DNA of 64,000 bases. Source: an uncultured Oscillospiraceae bacterium (lineage in GTDB: Bacteria; Bacillota; Clostridia; Peptostreptococcales; Anaerovoracaceae). The position numbers and the translations under genes were made by a program. Below the pieces are notes generated by a model. It made no database searches, was not told where the DNA came from, and was given only the letters and a program-made list of their open reading frames with translations. Below, one piece after another: positions 48,026 through 56,885 of the stretch. Location: assembly GCA_964489555.1 (NCBI GenBank), contig CAZAZF010000006.1:42592-106591 (forward strand), read 5' to 3'. Within the stretch, counting starts at the first letter, position 1. Each line of letters begins with the position of its first letter.

Positions 48026-49470
48026 TGAGTACCTCCTGTCAATTCCGGAAACAGGGAATGACGCAATAAACCAGTGGTGTTATCTTGTAGCCAAGAGATC
48101 TGAGGATCTTCCGGCGGAATCAATCTTCCCCGGATTTTATCTTCATTCAGCAACCCTTGTGCGGTTTTCAATTCCTGGGCACGAATATACTCCGGTACCA
48201 CATCCCGGCCACCATAATACTTGCCATTACAGGTAAGAAAAAACTTAGCCCTTTTCAAAACCACCCCGATTCGTTTCAGGTCTTCATATTGTACATGGGA
48301 AACCTTTCGCTGATTCATGATGCGAAGGGCGGATTGAACCCCTACGCCGGGAATCCGTAACAGCTCTTCAAAAGTCACCTTGTTGATTTCCATGGGAAAA
48401 TGGTGGATGTTTCGAAGAGCCCAGGTGATCTTAGGGTCCAGCTCCGGATCCAGATTGGTTTCTTTATCGGTGAACAACTCGCTGGCTTCAAATCCATAAA
48501 AACGAAGGAGCCAGTCCGCCTGGTATAGCCGGTGTTCTCGGGCCAACGGAGGCTTGCTATAAAGGGAGGGCAGAATAGGCGAATCTACCAGGGGTACATA
48601 AGCACTGAAATATACCCGTTTCACCAGGAAGGTGTGATACAGTTTTTCTGAGGTAAGAAGGATTTGCTGGTCCGATTCACCGGAGGCTCCCACCATCATT
48701 TGGGTGGTCTGTCCGGCGGGGGCAAAAGTCTCCTGGCGAGTGAGGGATGGGAAATTCGCCTTTTTTCCTTCTTCCTCCGGGAGGAAAAAGGAATCCCCGC
48801 CGCCCAAAGAGGCGAGAGGAGAAGCCGGCTTGTTTTTGAACATGGTGCCGGGGCCGGAGAGAGAGCGCTGTCCCATAAGGGTGCCGGTGATTTGTCGCAT
48901 GGGAGAGAAGATGGCGCTGGGTTTTTTTTGGGGAGCCAGTCGAGCCAACCCCTCGGGAGAAGGCACTTCCAGGTTAATGCTGAGACGATCTGCCAACAGT
49001 CCCAATTGATGTACCAACACTGGATCGATACCCGGGATGATTTTGGCATGAATGTATCCTCCAAAGGAGTATTCCCTTCGAAGAAGGCGAAGACTCTCCA
49101 CCATCCGCTCCGCCGTTTGGTCCGGAGATCCGTCTACGGCGGAGCTGAGGAACAAACCCTCGATGTAATTTCTTCGGTAGAAGGAGAAGGTCAACTCCGC
49201 CAACTCCCTGGGTTCAAAGGCAGTACGGGGAATGGCGTTGGACCGCCGGTTCACGCAGTAGGCACAGTCGTAAACGCAATGGTTGGAAAGCAGCACTTTT
49301 AATAAAGAGATGCAACGGCCGTCTCTGGACCAACTATGACAAATACCGGCGCTGCTGGCACTGCCCAACCCGCCTTGATTGCGACGGCCCACTCCACTGC
49401 TGGAACAGGACACATCATACTTGGCACCTTCTGCCAGCAAGGTCAGTTTCTCCAAAATTTGCGGCTCCAT
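48022..49470 (-). CDS. Putative DNA modification/repair radical SAM protein (TIGR03916 type) with C-terminal helix-hairpin-helix
   Basis: GAAGGAG RBS before the Met at 49470. EGAKYDVSCSSSG. Radical SAM CVYDCAYC (Cx3Cx2C). HhH LLRIPGVGVQSALRI. Confidence 0.75.
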   Translation of the reverse strand: MEPQILEKLTLLAEGAKYDVSCSSSGVGRRNQGGLGSASSAGICHSWSRDGRCISLLKVLLSNHCVYDCAYCVNRRSNAIPRTAFEPRELAELTFSFYRRNYIEGLFLSSAVDGSPDQTAERMVESLRLLRREYSFGGYIHAKIIPGIDPVLVHQLGLLADRLSINLEVPSPEGLARLAPQKKPSAIFSPMRQITGTLMGQRSLSGPGTMFKNKPASPLASLGGGDSFFLPEEEGKKANFPSLTRQETFAPAGQTTQMMVGASGESDQQILLTSEKLYHTFLVKRVYFSAYVPLVDSPILPSLYSKPPLAREHRLYQADWLLRFYGFEASELFTDKETNLDPELDPKITWALRNIHHFPMEINKVTFEELLRIPGVGVQSALRIMNQRKVSHVQYEDLKRIGVVLKRAKFFLTCNGKYYGGRDVVPEYIRAQELKTAQGLLNEDKIRGRLIPPEDPQISWLQDNTTGLLRHSLFPELTGGTQ

Positions 49471-49507
49471 CTTGTCTCCTTCCATGTCATGCCATGACTA
49501 TGGGAAT

Positions 49508-49536
49508 ATTATATCAAGAAAAGAACATAAGTTCAA
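49508..49536 (-). promoter_or_regulatory. Promoter of the radical SAM operon overlapped by a LexA (Cheo/SOS) box
   Basis: Minus strand: TTGAAC-N17-TATAAT. TGAACTTATGTTCT (49522-49535) has a perfect GAAC-N4-GTTC core covering the -35 and the spacer. Confidence 0.6.
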
Positions 49537-49540
49537 TACA

Positions 49541-49568
49541 TGTGTTCGAAAAACTGTGTTCGAAAAAC
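49541..49568 (+). repeat. Tandem 14-bp direct repeat (2 copies)
   Basis: TGTGTTCGAAAAAC TGTGTTCGAAAAAC. Lies between the SOS box and the guaA-paralog promoter. Confidence 0.85.
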
Positions 49569-49584
49569 TCTCCGGGCCCCTGGA

Positions 49585-49613
49585 TTTACAAAGACTCCTT
49601 CGGATGGTACAAT
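49585..49613 (+). promoter_or_regulatory. Promoter of the guaA paralog
   Basis: TTTACA-N17-TACAAT. Confidence 0.5.
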
Positions 49614-49645
49614 TCATCTATTAAGAAAAGGAGGAGACAGGGTTG

Positions 49646-50878
49646 ATGGAGAGACAAAAGCTCATTATATTGGACAAAGGCGCCCACAACAACCAGCGAG
49701 AGGCAAAGATTGCCCGCAACGCAGGAGTCTATTGTGAGGTGCTTCTTTTTGATACGAATCGGGATTGTAGTCAGGGCCACGCCGTATGGGTCATTGGCGA
49801 AGAAGAGGAACCTTTGACAGAATGGGAACGAGAGTACTTGGAAAAAATGGAAATCCCGGTACAATGCCGTGTGGGAAATATGGACGAGGATTCCTTGATA
49901 GAGCTTCTGAAAACGCAAGGTTTTCGCCAGGATTGGACCATGGAATTGTTCATCCAGGACGAAGTGGAAAAGATTCGAAAACAAGTGGGGCCGGATAAAA
50001 TACTTTGTGCTCTTTCCGGGGGTGTGGATAGTGCAGTGTGTGCCGCATTGGTCCATAAAGCGGTGGGAGAGCAGCTGGTCTGTGTGTTTGTGGATCACGG
50101 TCTGATGCGAAAAGGAGAGCCGGAGCTGGTACAGGAGATTTTTGCCAAACAGTTCGGTATGAATCTAATTACAGTGCAAGCACAAGACCGTTTCTTATCC
50201 AAGCTGGAAGGAGTGGCGGACCCAGAGCAAAAGAGAAAGATTATCGGAGAGGAATTCATTCGAGTGTTTGAAGAGGAATCCGGAAAGCTGGGAAAGATTC
50301 CATATCTGGTTCAGGGTACCATTTATCCGGATATCATTGAGAGTATTTCCAACAAAGGCGTGGTGAAGTCCCATCATAATGTGGGGGGCCTTCCGGAAGA
50401 CATGGAGTTTCAGTTGGTAGAGCCGGTGAAGTGGCTCTTCAAGGATGAAGTGCGCAAAGTAGGAGAAGCCCTTGGACTACCCAAAGAGCAGGTATGGAGG
50501 CAACCTTTCCCGGGGCCCGGATTGGGAGTTCGAGTCATCGGAGCCATTACCAGAGAGCGGCTCACTATGGTTCGGGAAGCGGACGCTATCTTTAGGGAAG
50601 AAATTGGGTTGGCGGGGCTAGACCGGGAAATCTGGCAGTACTTTGCACTGGAGCCGGATGCCAAATCTACCGGTGTGAAGGACGGAAAACGAACCTTTGA
50701 ACAGGTGATTTGCTTGCGGGCTGTCCAATCCAGCGACGCCATGAGTGCAGAGATTGCGGAGCTGCCATATCCGTTACTGCGAAAGATTGCCTGCCGCATC
50801 GCCGAAGAGGTGGAGGGGGTCAACCGAGTGGTCTACGACATTACACCCAAACCTCCCGGAACAATAGAGTGGGAATAG
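49646..50878 (+). CDS. GMP-synthase paralog: intact ATP-pyrophosphatase and dimerisation domains, truncated/degenerate glutamine amidotransferase domain
   Basis: PP-loop [21 protein letters not shown] and ...PPGTIEWE are collinear with guaA at 32801. The N-domain is about 98 aa instead of about 198 aa and lacks the HPE part of the triad. Confidence 0.8.
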   Translation: MERQKLIILDKGAHNNQREAKIARNAGVYCEVLLFDTNRDCSQGHAVWVIGEEEEPLTEWEREYLEKMEIPVQCRVGNMDEDSLIELLKTQGFRQDWTMELFIQDEVEKIRKQVGPDKILCALSGGVDSAVCAALVHKAVGEQLVCVFVDHGLMRKGEPELVQEIFAKQFGMNLITVQAQDRFLSKLEGVADPEQKRKIIGEEFIRVFEEESGKLGKIPYLVQGTIYPDIIESISNKGVVKSHHNVGGLPEDMEFQLVEPVKWLFKDEVRKVGEALGLPKEQVWRQPFPGPGLGVRVIGAITRERLTMVREADAIFREEIGLAGLDREIWQYFALEPDAKSTGVKDGKRTFEQVICLRAVQSSDAMSAEIAELPYPLLRKIACRIAEEVEGVNRVVYDITPKPPGTIEWE

Positions 50879-50889
50879 TATCCATATCG

Positions 50890-50924
50890 CCGCAATCCTT
50901 TGAAATAAAGGGTTGCGGTTTTTC
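50890..50924 (+). terminator. Intrinsic terminator after the guaA paralog
   Basis: CCGCAATCCTTT-GAAAT-AAAGGGTTGCGG (one G-U) followed by T5. Confidence 0.75.
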
Positions 50925-51088
50925 TTATGTGCAGCGGCCAACTTTTAGACAACTAATTCCGGCCAGTACAGTCGTGGAGATTAAGTAAAGATGCAGAATG
51001 GATAAAAGATGTGGATACAAACATAATTCCAGATGTGATATGCTTAGAGACAGAATAAAGCCATAGGAATTAAGAGGAGAGTAGTGTA

Positions 51089-52003
51089 ATGGGAATCAAG
51101 AATATCAGAGCAAATAAATTTCCCCTATTAATATTTGGATTATTTTTATGTGTAATGCTGATTACTACTGGGTTATCAGGATGCAGTGGTGGGAAGGAAA
51201 AACCTGATACAGGTAATGAAAATATTGTAATAGATTTAATTGAGCAATCAAGTCCATTTTTTTTCAGAGGGACTCCTCAAGAGTTGTACTTGGGAGAGGC
51301 AACGCAAGAATCTTTCTTAGACCAAGGGGTAGAGATTAAATACCTTGGTTCGTTCAATGATGGTGAAGCTTTCTATTTATTCCTTGACGTAATAGACATC
51401 GATGGTGATTTCTTTGGTGATATATTTACTGGGCGTAATTTTTCCATAAATGAATATGATTTCTTTGAAAAAACAGGATATACCGACAGTAAAATATATG
51501 AGGTTATTTCCTGGGATAAAGATGAAGGTCGGGCTACATTATGTATTGAGTATATAGGATTACTAGAAGAAACTAATATTTCTTTTCATATTTATTCTAT
51601 GAGCGTAAACGCAACGCCCAACTCTAATAACATAACAGGAGATTGGGAAATCAAATTCGCTATAAATAACTCATTAACAAAAAAGCTGGAGGCAGACAAA
51701 ACCGTTCCTTTTAAAGGGCATGAATTTTTAGTAAAAAGAGCCGTTATTTCACCGATTAATACTACTTTATTTGCTTCAAGAGAGGATGTCCCGAAAGAGA
51801 TTAGTAGGATGAATCGAGATGATATAGAGATAAAGATTGTATATGAGGATGGAGATAAAACTATTATCCCAAAAGAATCTGGATATATCCATAAAAATCA
51901 AAAGGGCTATATGTTTAGGATCCCTTACACTGCAGAAAATTTTGAGAATATTGAGGGGCTGGAAATTAATGGGGTACTCTTCCCTGTTGTAGAGAAAGAG
52001 TAA
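51089..52003 (+). CDS. Hypothetical lipoprotein (low-GC islet)
   Basis: Signal peptide plus lipobox LSGCSGG. The GDWEIKFAINNS strand motif is reminiscent of DUF4179/DUF5643-type extracytoplasmic domains, but that is a weak, memory-based link. Confidence 0.6.
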   Translation: MGIKNIRANKFPLLIFGLFLCVMLITTGLSGCSGGKEKPDTGNENIVIDLIEQSSPFFFRGTPQELYLGEATQESFLDQGVEIKYLGSFNDGEAFYLFLDVIDIDGDFFGDIFTGRNFSINEYDFFEKTGYTDSKIYEVISWDKDEGRATLCIEYIGLLEETNISFHIYSMSVNATPNSNNITGDWEIKFAINNSLTKKLEADKTVPFKGHEFLVKRAVISPINTTLFASREDVPKEISRMNRDDIEIKIVYEDGDKTIIPKESGYIHKNQKGYMFRIPYTAENFENIEGLEINGVLFPVVEKE

Positions 52004-52315
52004 ATGAAAATGAAGAACAAAGAAGTAAAAAGAAGTATCCTGAGATTATCAAAAGCGGGAAAAAAGCCCATAGATTATTTATACCAATTATATTTTACAC
52101 TATCGTATCCGATTCATGTAATCGCAGGGACGCATTTTATTGAGTTCAATTGTTATGGGCAAGTGAATATGTGTTTGAAATGGATTAAAGAAGGTATGAA
52201 AGATCCTGCTAAAGCAATGGCAAACAAGAATATTGAAAATATCCCACCAAGCTTAATAAAATATTTTGATTGGGAATCAAAAGAAGCCGTAGATGAGAGC
52301 CTACCAAACGATTGA
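52004..52315 (+). CDS. Small protein resembling only the C-terminal half of DhaS-type TetR regulators (no HTH); possible gene remnant
   Basis: NMCLKWIKEGMKDPAKAMANK resembles the W(L/I)..GMKE(S/T)PEEMA motif of the Firmicute TetR_C_8 domain. No DNA-binding N-terminus. Starts immediately after the upstream stop. Confidence 0.35.
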   Translation: MKMKNKEVKRSILRLSKAGKKPIDYLYQLYFTLSYPIHVIAGTHFIEFNCYGQVNMCLKWIKEGMKDPAKAMANKNIENIPPSLIKYFDWESKEAVDESLPND

Positions 52316-52434
52316 AAGTGAAATGTTTGATGAAAAGTTGTTAAAGATGCTCGTGTGACATTATAGTTGACTAGAGTGACAACAAACAGGTACTCTGGCT
52401 CTATTGTCTATGCCTTATGCCGAAGGAGATTAAA

Positions 52435-53244
52435 ATGGAGAGCAGAGTTGGAAAGTTCTGTATATACTTAATGGTTATTATGCTTCCAGTCCTATTCGCT
52501 TCCTGCAGTGGCCCTTCCCTGCCTAGCGATGATGTTGTTTTAGATGAAGAAATTGTTAGTGATAAACCCACTATCCCCGAAAACATGGCGGAAGGCATAG
52601 AGTATCTTTATGACTTTCGTTTTTCAGATCGATACGATGCCAATATTACGGATGACTTTTCTTTTGTTTTGCCTGACAGTGCCAGCCCAATACCTGGCAT
52701 ACTTTTTTTGTTTGAGAAGTATCAAAGTGCATTGGAAGCAGCAAAAGAATTTTCGCAGGATGGTGACGGTATGGTCCCTTATATTCATAAGAAATATTGG
52801 TACACCTTAGATGCGGGAGGGTTAATGATTGGTACGGATTATTACGAACCGGACAATGTTGAGTATATATCTTACTTGTGGGCTGATGTCGAAGGTGTGA
52901 AGACAAATAGAGACATTCTTGTAGGAAGTACGGAACAAGAGCTTCTGTCTTCTTATATGGATGATTTATATTACCTAAACAAGGAGGAGGCCTTGTCAGA
53001 AACGGGGTTTATTGGATATCAAGAAGAAAATATAGAAAGCCTCGATAAGAATAGTGACTTTGAATACGCATACATGTGGCAACCTTTTGCACCGGAAACC
53101 AATGAAATAAGGGACATTACCTTTTATATAAAAAATGGAAAAGTGGCCGCAATAGAAATGATTCGACCCTTCGAACTTCGTTATGTGTATGGGTATGACA
53201 GAGACGCGGGGCTGCAACACACAGCGGAAAAAAGAAAAAATTAA
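52435..53244 (+). CDS. Hypothetical lipoprotein (low-GC islet)
   Basis: AAGGAG plus ATG 52435. Signal peptide with lipobox FASC. No recognisable catalytic motif. Confidence 0.6.
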   Translation: MESRVGKFCIYLMVIMLPVLFASCSGPSLPSDDVVLDEEIVSDKPTIPENMAEGIEYLYDFRFSDRYDANITDDFSFVLPDSASPIPGILFLFEKYQSALEAAKEFSQDGDGMVPYIHKKYWYTLDAGGLMIGTDYYEPDNVEYISYLWADVEGVKTNRDILVGSTEQELLSSYMDDLYYLNKEEALSETGFIGYQEENIESLDKNSDFEYAYMWQPFAPETNEIRDITFYIKNGKVAAIEMIRPFELRYVYGYDRDAGLQHTAEKRKN

Positions 53245-53327
53245 CGCACGGTTTTCTCAGATTATGGGAGGCAGAAGCGGCAGTAGCCCTATCCGGATCT
53301 CTTCTTGGCGAATGGTTGATCTTAGGC

Positions 53328-53355
53328 TTGACTCTGAATGATTTGACTATATAAT
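53328..53355 (+). promoter_or_regulatory. Promoter of the AGCS symporter operon
   Basis: TTGACT-N16-TATAAT. Its position excludes the listed start at 53360. Confidence 0.45.
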
Positions 53356-53419
53356 TTTAGTGAATCATATTATCAAAAGATTTGTGAAGTACTCATTTGA
53401 CGAAAAGGGAGGAATTATT

Positions 53420-54775
53420 GTGGAACTTATTACAAATTTAAACAGTACTGTTAATGGTATTGTTTGGGGTCCGCCGATGCTTATCCTATTGGTAGGAACA
53501 GGAATCATACTTACTTTTAGATTAAAGGCACTTCAATTTTCCAATCTTCTTTATGCGCATAAAATGGTTTTCAAAAAAAATGAAGGCGTAGAAGGAGACA
53601 TTACAAATTACCAGGCATTAACCACTGCACTTGCAGCAACCATTGGTACAGGTAATATAGCAGGAGTTGCTACGGCAATCGCAGCCGGCGGACCAGGTGC
53701 AGTATTCTGGATGTGGGTAACCGGATTGGTGGGTATGGCCACAAAATATGCAGAAGCCGTGCTGGCGGTTAAATACAGAGAAAAAGATAAAAGAGGAGAA
53801 ATGGCAGGAGGCCCCATGTACTACATCGAAAAAGGTCTTGGGTTGAAATGGCTGGCAGTTCTTTTCGCTTTTTTTGGAGCTATTGCAGCTTTTGGTATTG
53901 GCAACATGGTGCAGGCAAACTCAGTTGCTGATGCTATTTATACTACTTTTGGTGTGCAACACTGGATTACCGGACTTATACTTGTTATTTTCACGGGAAT
54001 CGTTCTATTAGGCGGAATTAAAAGTATCGGAAAAGTTACTGCTTATATCGTTCCCATTATGGCAGTTTTTTACATTTTGGGAGGTAGTGTTGTTATTATT
54101 TTGAATGCTGCATATGTTCCAGCGGCTTTTGCGTCCATCTTTTCAGATGCATTTACCGGGAATGCGGTAGCTGGCGGGGCCTTAGGAACAGTTATCAGGT
54201 ACGGTGTTGCTCGTGGTGTATTTTCTAACGAAGCTGGTCTCGGTTCTGCTCCCATAGCAGCAGCAGCAGCTCGGACAGATCACCCGGTTAGACAGGCGCT
54301 TGTCAGTATGACCCAAACATTTATCGATACTTTAGTTGTGTGTTCATTTACAGCTCTTTCGATTCTTTCATCAGGCCTTGTGGGAACCATAAACCCTGAT
54401 ACAGGAGCCGCTTACACCGGCGCCGCCTTAACAACCGTTGCTTTCAATGAAGCGATTCCAGGTATTGGAGGAATCATTGTTGCGGTTGGTATTGTTTTCT
54501 TTGCGTATTCGACGATTCTGGGCTGGTCATATTATGGTGAAAAATGTCTGGAATATCTTGTGGGTGAAAAGGGTGTCATACTTTATAGAGTAATATTCGT
54601 ATCATTTATCATGGTTGGAGCATTAAGTGGTCTTCAGTTCATCTGGGATCTTGCAGATACCATGAATGGTTTAATGGCTCTTCCAAACCTGATTGGTTTG
54701 CTTGGTTTAAGTGGAATTGTTGTAAAAGAAACAAAAGATTATATGGAAAAAATAAAAGCAAAAGAAGAAAAATAG
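53420..54775 (+). CDS. Alanine/glycine:cation symporter (AGCS family)
   Basis: GGGAGG plus GTG 53420. [30 protein letters not shown] and [16 protein letters not shown] motifs. Confidence 0.9.
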   Translation: MELITNLNSTVNGIVWGPPMLILLVGTGIILTFRLKALQFSNLLYAHKMVFKKNEGVEGDITNYQALTTALAATIGTGNIAGVATAIAAGGPGAVFWMWVTGLVGMATKYAEAVLAVKYREKDKRGEMAGGPMYYIEKGLGLKWLAVLFAFFGAIAAFGIGNMVQANSVADAIYTTFGVQHWITGLILVIFTGIVLLGGIKSIGKVTAYIVPIMAVFYILGGSVVIILNAAYVPAAFASIFSDAFTGNAVAGGALGTVIRYGVARGVFSNEAGLGSAPIAAAAARTDHPVRQALVSMTQTFIDTLVVCSFTALSILSSGLVGTINPDTGAAYTGAALTTVAFNEAIPGIGGIIVAVGIVFFAYSTILGWSYYGEKCLEYLVGEKGVILYRVIFVSFIMVGALSGLQFIWDLADTMNGLMALPNLIGLLGLSGIVVKETKDYMEKIKAKEEK

Positions 54776-54795
54776 TTAAATACATAGACCAGGAG

Positions 54796-55947
54796 GTGAA
54801 TGTGTCGGAAGTAGCCATTATCTATTGCGGCAGTTATGAATACAGCGAAGTGAAAAGCGCCGTGGAAAGGGGCTTTTCCTTGTTGGGTGGTCCATGGGCT
54901 TTTGTTCAGCCTAGGGAAAAAATTCTGCTGAAACCTAACTGGCTATCCGCAGATCCTCCGGAAAAATGCGTTACGACACATCCGGCGGTTTTCAAGGCGG
55001 TATCCGAAGTGTTGCAGTCTGCCGGGGCCGAACTTTCCTATGGAGATTCTCCGGCTTTCCAAAGTCCGGAGGCCGTCTCAAAACGGACCGGGATATTCGC
55101 CGTTGCGGAAGAATTGAAAATACCCCTGGCTGATTTCAAGGCAGGCGTAGAAGTCTATTTTAAAGAGGGCTATCAAAACAAGAAATTCTATATCGCCAAT
55201 GCAGTCCAAGAAAATGATGGGGTCATCAGCCTTCCCAAAATGAAAACTCACGGATTTCAAAGAATGACCGGTGCGGTAAAAAATCAGTTCGGATGCATAC
55301 CCGGAGTTCGAAAAGGGGAATTTCATGTGAAAATACCGGATTCATATGACTTTGCCAAAATGTTGGTGGACTTGAATTCATATATAAATCCCCGGCTATA
55401 TATTATGGATGGCATTTTTGCCATGGAAGGGAATGGACCCAGAGGAGGCAGTCCAAGAAAAATGAATGTTCTTCTTTTTTCCGCCGATCCCATTGCTCTG
55501 GATGCCACCGCATGTAGGCTGATGAATTTGGACCCCGGGTTGGTTCTTACGAATCAAGCCGGGATGGAAATGGGAGCAGGGACATTTCTGGCCCAAGACA
55601 TTCAAATCCTAGGAGACTCCATGGAACCTCTCATAGCCATGGATTTTGATGTAAACCGAAAACCGGAAAAACCTTTCAAGCGAAATGGGAGTATGCAGCT
55701 TATTAAAAACGCCATTACTCCAAGACCCTATATTATGGAAGAGCATTGCATCAAGTGTGGTGTCTGTGTGAATATGTGTCCGGTAGATCCCAAAGCAATC
55801 GATTGGCATGACGGGAATCAGAATCATCCTCCTACCTATAAGTATGACAGGTGCATCCGTTGTTATTGTTGCCAGGAACTTTGTCCCGAAAGCGCAATCT
55901 ACATAAAAAAGCCACTTGTACGCAGGCTTTTTTGTAGGAGGACCTAA
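54796..55947 (+). CDS. DUF362-domain protein with C-terminal 2x[4Fe-4S] ferredoxin domain
   Basis: GTG start behind AGGAGG. ILLKPNW...THP DUF362 N-terminus. CIKCGVCVNMCP and CIRCYCCQELCP clusters. Confidence 0.75.
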   Translation: MNVSEVAIIYCGSYEYSEVKSAVERGFSLLGGPWAFVQPREKILLKPNWLSADPPEKCVTTHPAVFKAVSEVLQSAGAELSYGDSPAFQSPEAVSKRTGIFAVAEELKIPLADFKAGVEVYFKEGYQNKKFYIANAVQENDGVISLPKMKTHGFQRMTGAVKNQFGCIPGVRKGEFHVKIPDSYDFAKMLVDLNSYINPRLYIMDGIFAMEGNGPRGGSPRKMNVLLFSADPIALDATACRLMNLDPGLVLTNQAGMEMGAGTFLAQDIQILGDSMEPLIAMDFDVNRKPEKPFKRNGSMQLIKNAITPRPYIMEEHCIKCGVCVNMCPVDPKAIDWHDGNQNHPPTYKYDRCIRCYCCQELCPESAIYIKKPLVRRLFCRRT

Positions 55948-55978
55948 AAGGCAGAGGAAAGGAGAGGGAAAAAGAGTC

Positions 55979-56641
55979 ATGGATATTTTGGTGAATGAAA
56001 CCGGGAATACGGGAAAGTGTTCTGTTGGAATTCTGGTTATGGAAAATGTACAGAACCTGTCTTCAGAAGATCGGTTGCGAGTTGTGCGGCAGGATCTGGA
56101 AGATACCATACGATCGAAGTATGCTGGGGCAACGCGGAATGAACTGAAATCTCAACATCCCATGGACACCTATATTTCATATTATAAGAAATTCGGATAT
56201 ACCTATCATGTGTTGCTTCAGTTGGAATCGGTGATCAATGGCAAGTCCGTTCCCTCCGGAGCACCATTGGTGGAAGCCATGTTTATGGCGGAGCTAAAGA
56301 ACATGGTTCTGACAGCGGCTCATGACCTGGAAAAAATAGACCTCCCCATGAGTTTGAGAATCTCAACGGGGGAAGAGAGTTTTACCACATTGAGTGGTCG
56401 CAGTGTAATCACGATACCTGATGATATGATGATTGTGGATCGGAAAAGTGTTCTTTCCAGTATTCTTCGGGGTCCGGATTCCCGAACCGCCATCACGGCC
56501 CAAACAACCAGTGTGGTTTACACTGCATATGCGCCTTTTGGAATAGAAGAACCGTTGGTGTATGAACATATGAGAGATATTGAATCTTATGTTCGTATGG
56601 TTTCAGAAAATGCCGTTACAAGTTGGAATCAGGTTTTTTAA
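55979..56641 (+). CDS. Second free-standing B3/B4 (PheT-like) domain protein
   Basis: ATG 55979. YISYYKKFG, LESVINGKSVPSGAPLVEAMFMAEL and SILRGPDSRTAIT follow the same motif order as the 42780 protein. Confidence 0.55.
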   Translation: MDILVNETGNTGKCSVGILVMENVQNLSSEDRLRVVRQDLEDTIRSKYAGATRNELKSQHPMDTYISYYKKFGYTYHVLLQLESVINGKSVPSGAPLVEAMFMAELKNMVLTAAHDLEKIDLPMSLRISTGEESFTTLSGRSVITIPDDMMIVDRKSVLSSILRGPDSRTAITAQTTSVVYTAYAPFGIEEPLVYEHMRDIESYVRMVSENAVTSWNQVF

Positions 56642-56663
56642 AACATACAGATAAAAATAGAGG

Positions 56664-56693
56664 TTGACAAAGAGAGGTTAGATGTACTAAACT
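56664..56693 (+). promoter_or_regulatory. Putative promoter of the ABC pair (module A)
   Basis: TTGACA followed at 18 nt by TAAACT. The whole segment is about 80 percent identical to the feo promoter at 60959. Confidence 0.45.
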
Positions 56694-56743
56694 GGCCTTG
56701 GTTAGATGAGACTAACCAAGGCCAGTTTAGTACATCTTTTTTT
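56681..56743 (+). terminator. 25-bp perfect inverted repeat + T7: terminator of the DUF362/B3-4 operon and/or operator (module A)
   Basis: GATGTACTAAACTGGCCTTGGTTAG-ATGAGA-CTAACCAAGGCCAGTTTAGTACATC-TTTTTTT. Confidence 0.7.
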
Positions 56744-56885
56744 CACATGGACAAATCTTCAGGTGAAGAGGCTATGAATTTTTAAGACAACTACAGCCAA
56801 AAGTATATTTTCTTTAAACAATCAGAACTTATAAAACAAAACCTTAAATAACCCCTAAATAAAACTTAAAACAGGAGGCAAAAAG

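Noticed and set aside
56745-56783. 12-codon ORF (MDKSSGEEAMNF) in the leader of the ABC pair as a possible leader peptide
   Set aside because: There is no RBS, since it is preceded by the T7 run of the terminator. It is short and featureless, with no attenuator structure downstream.
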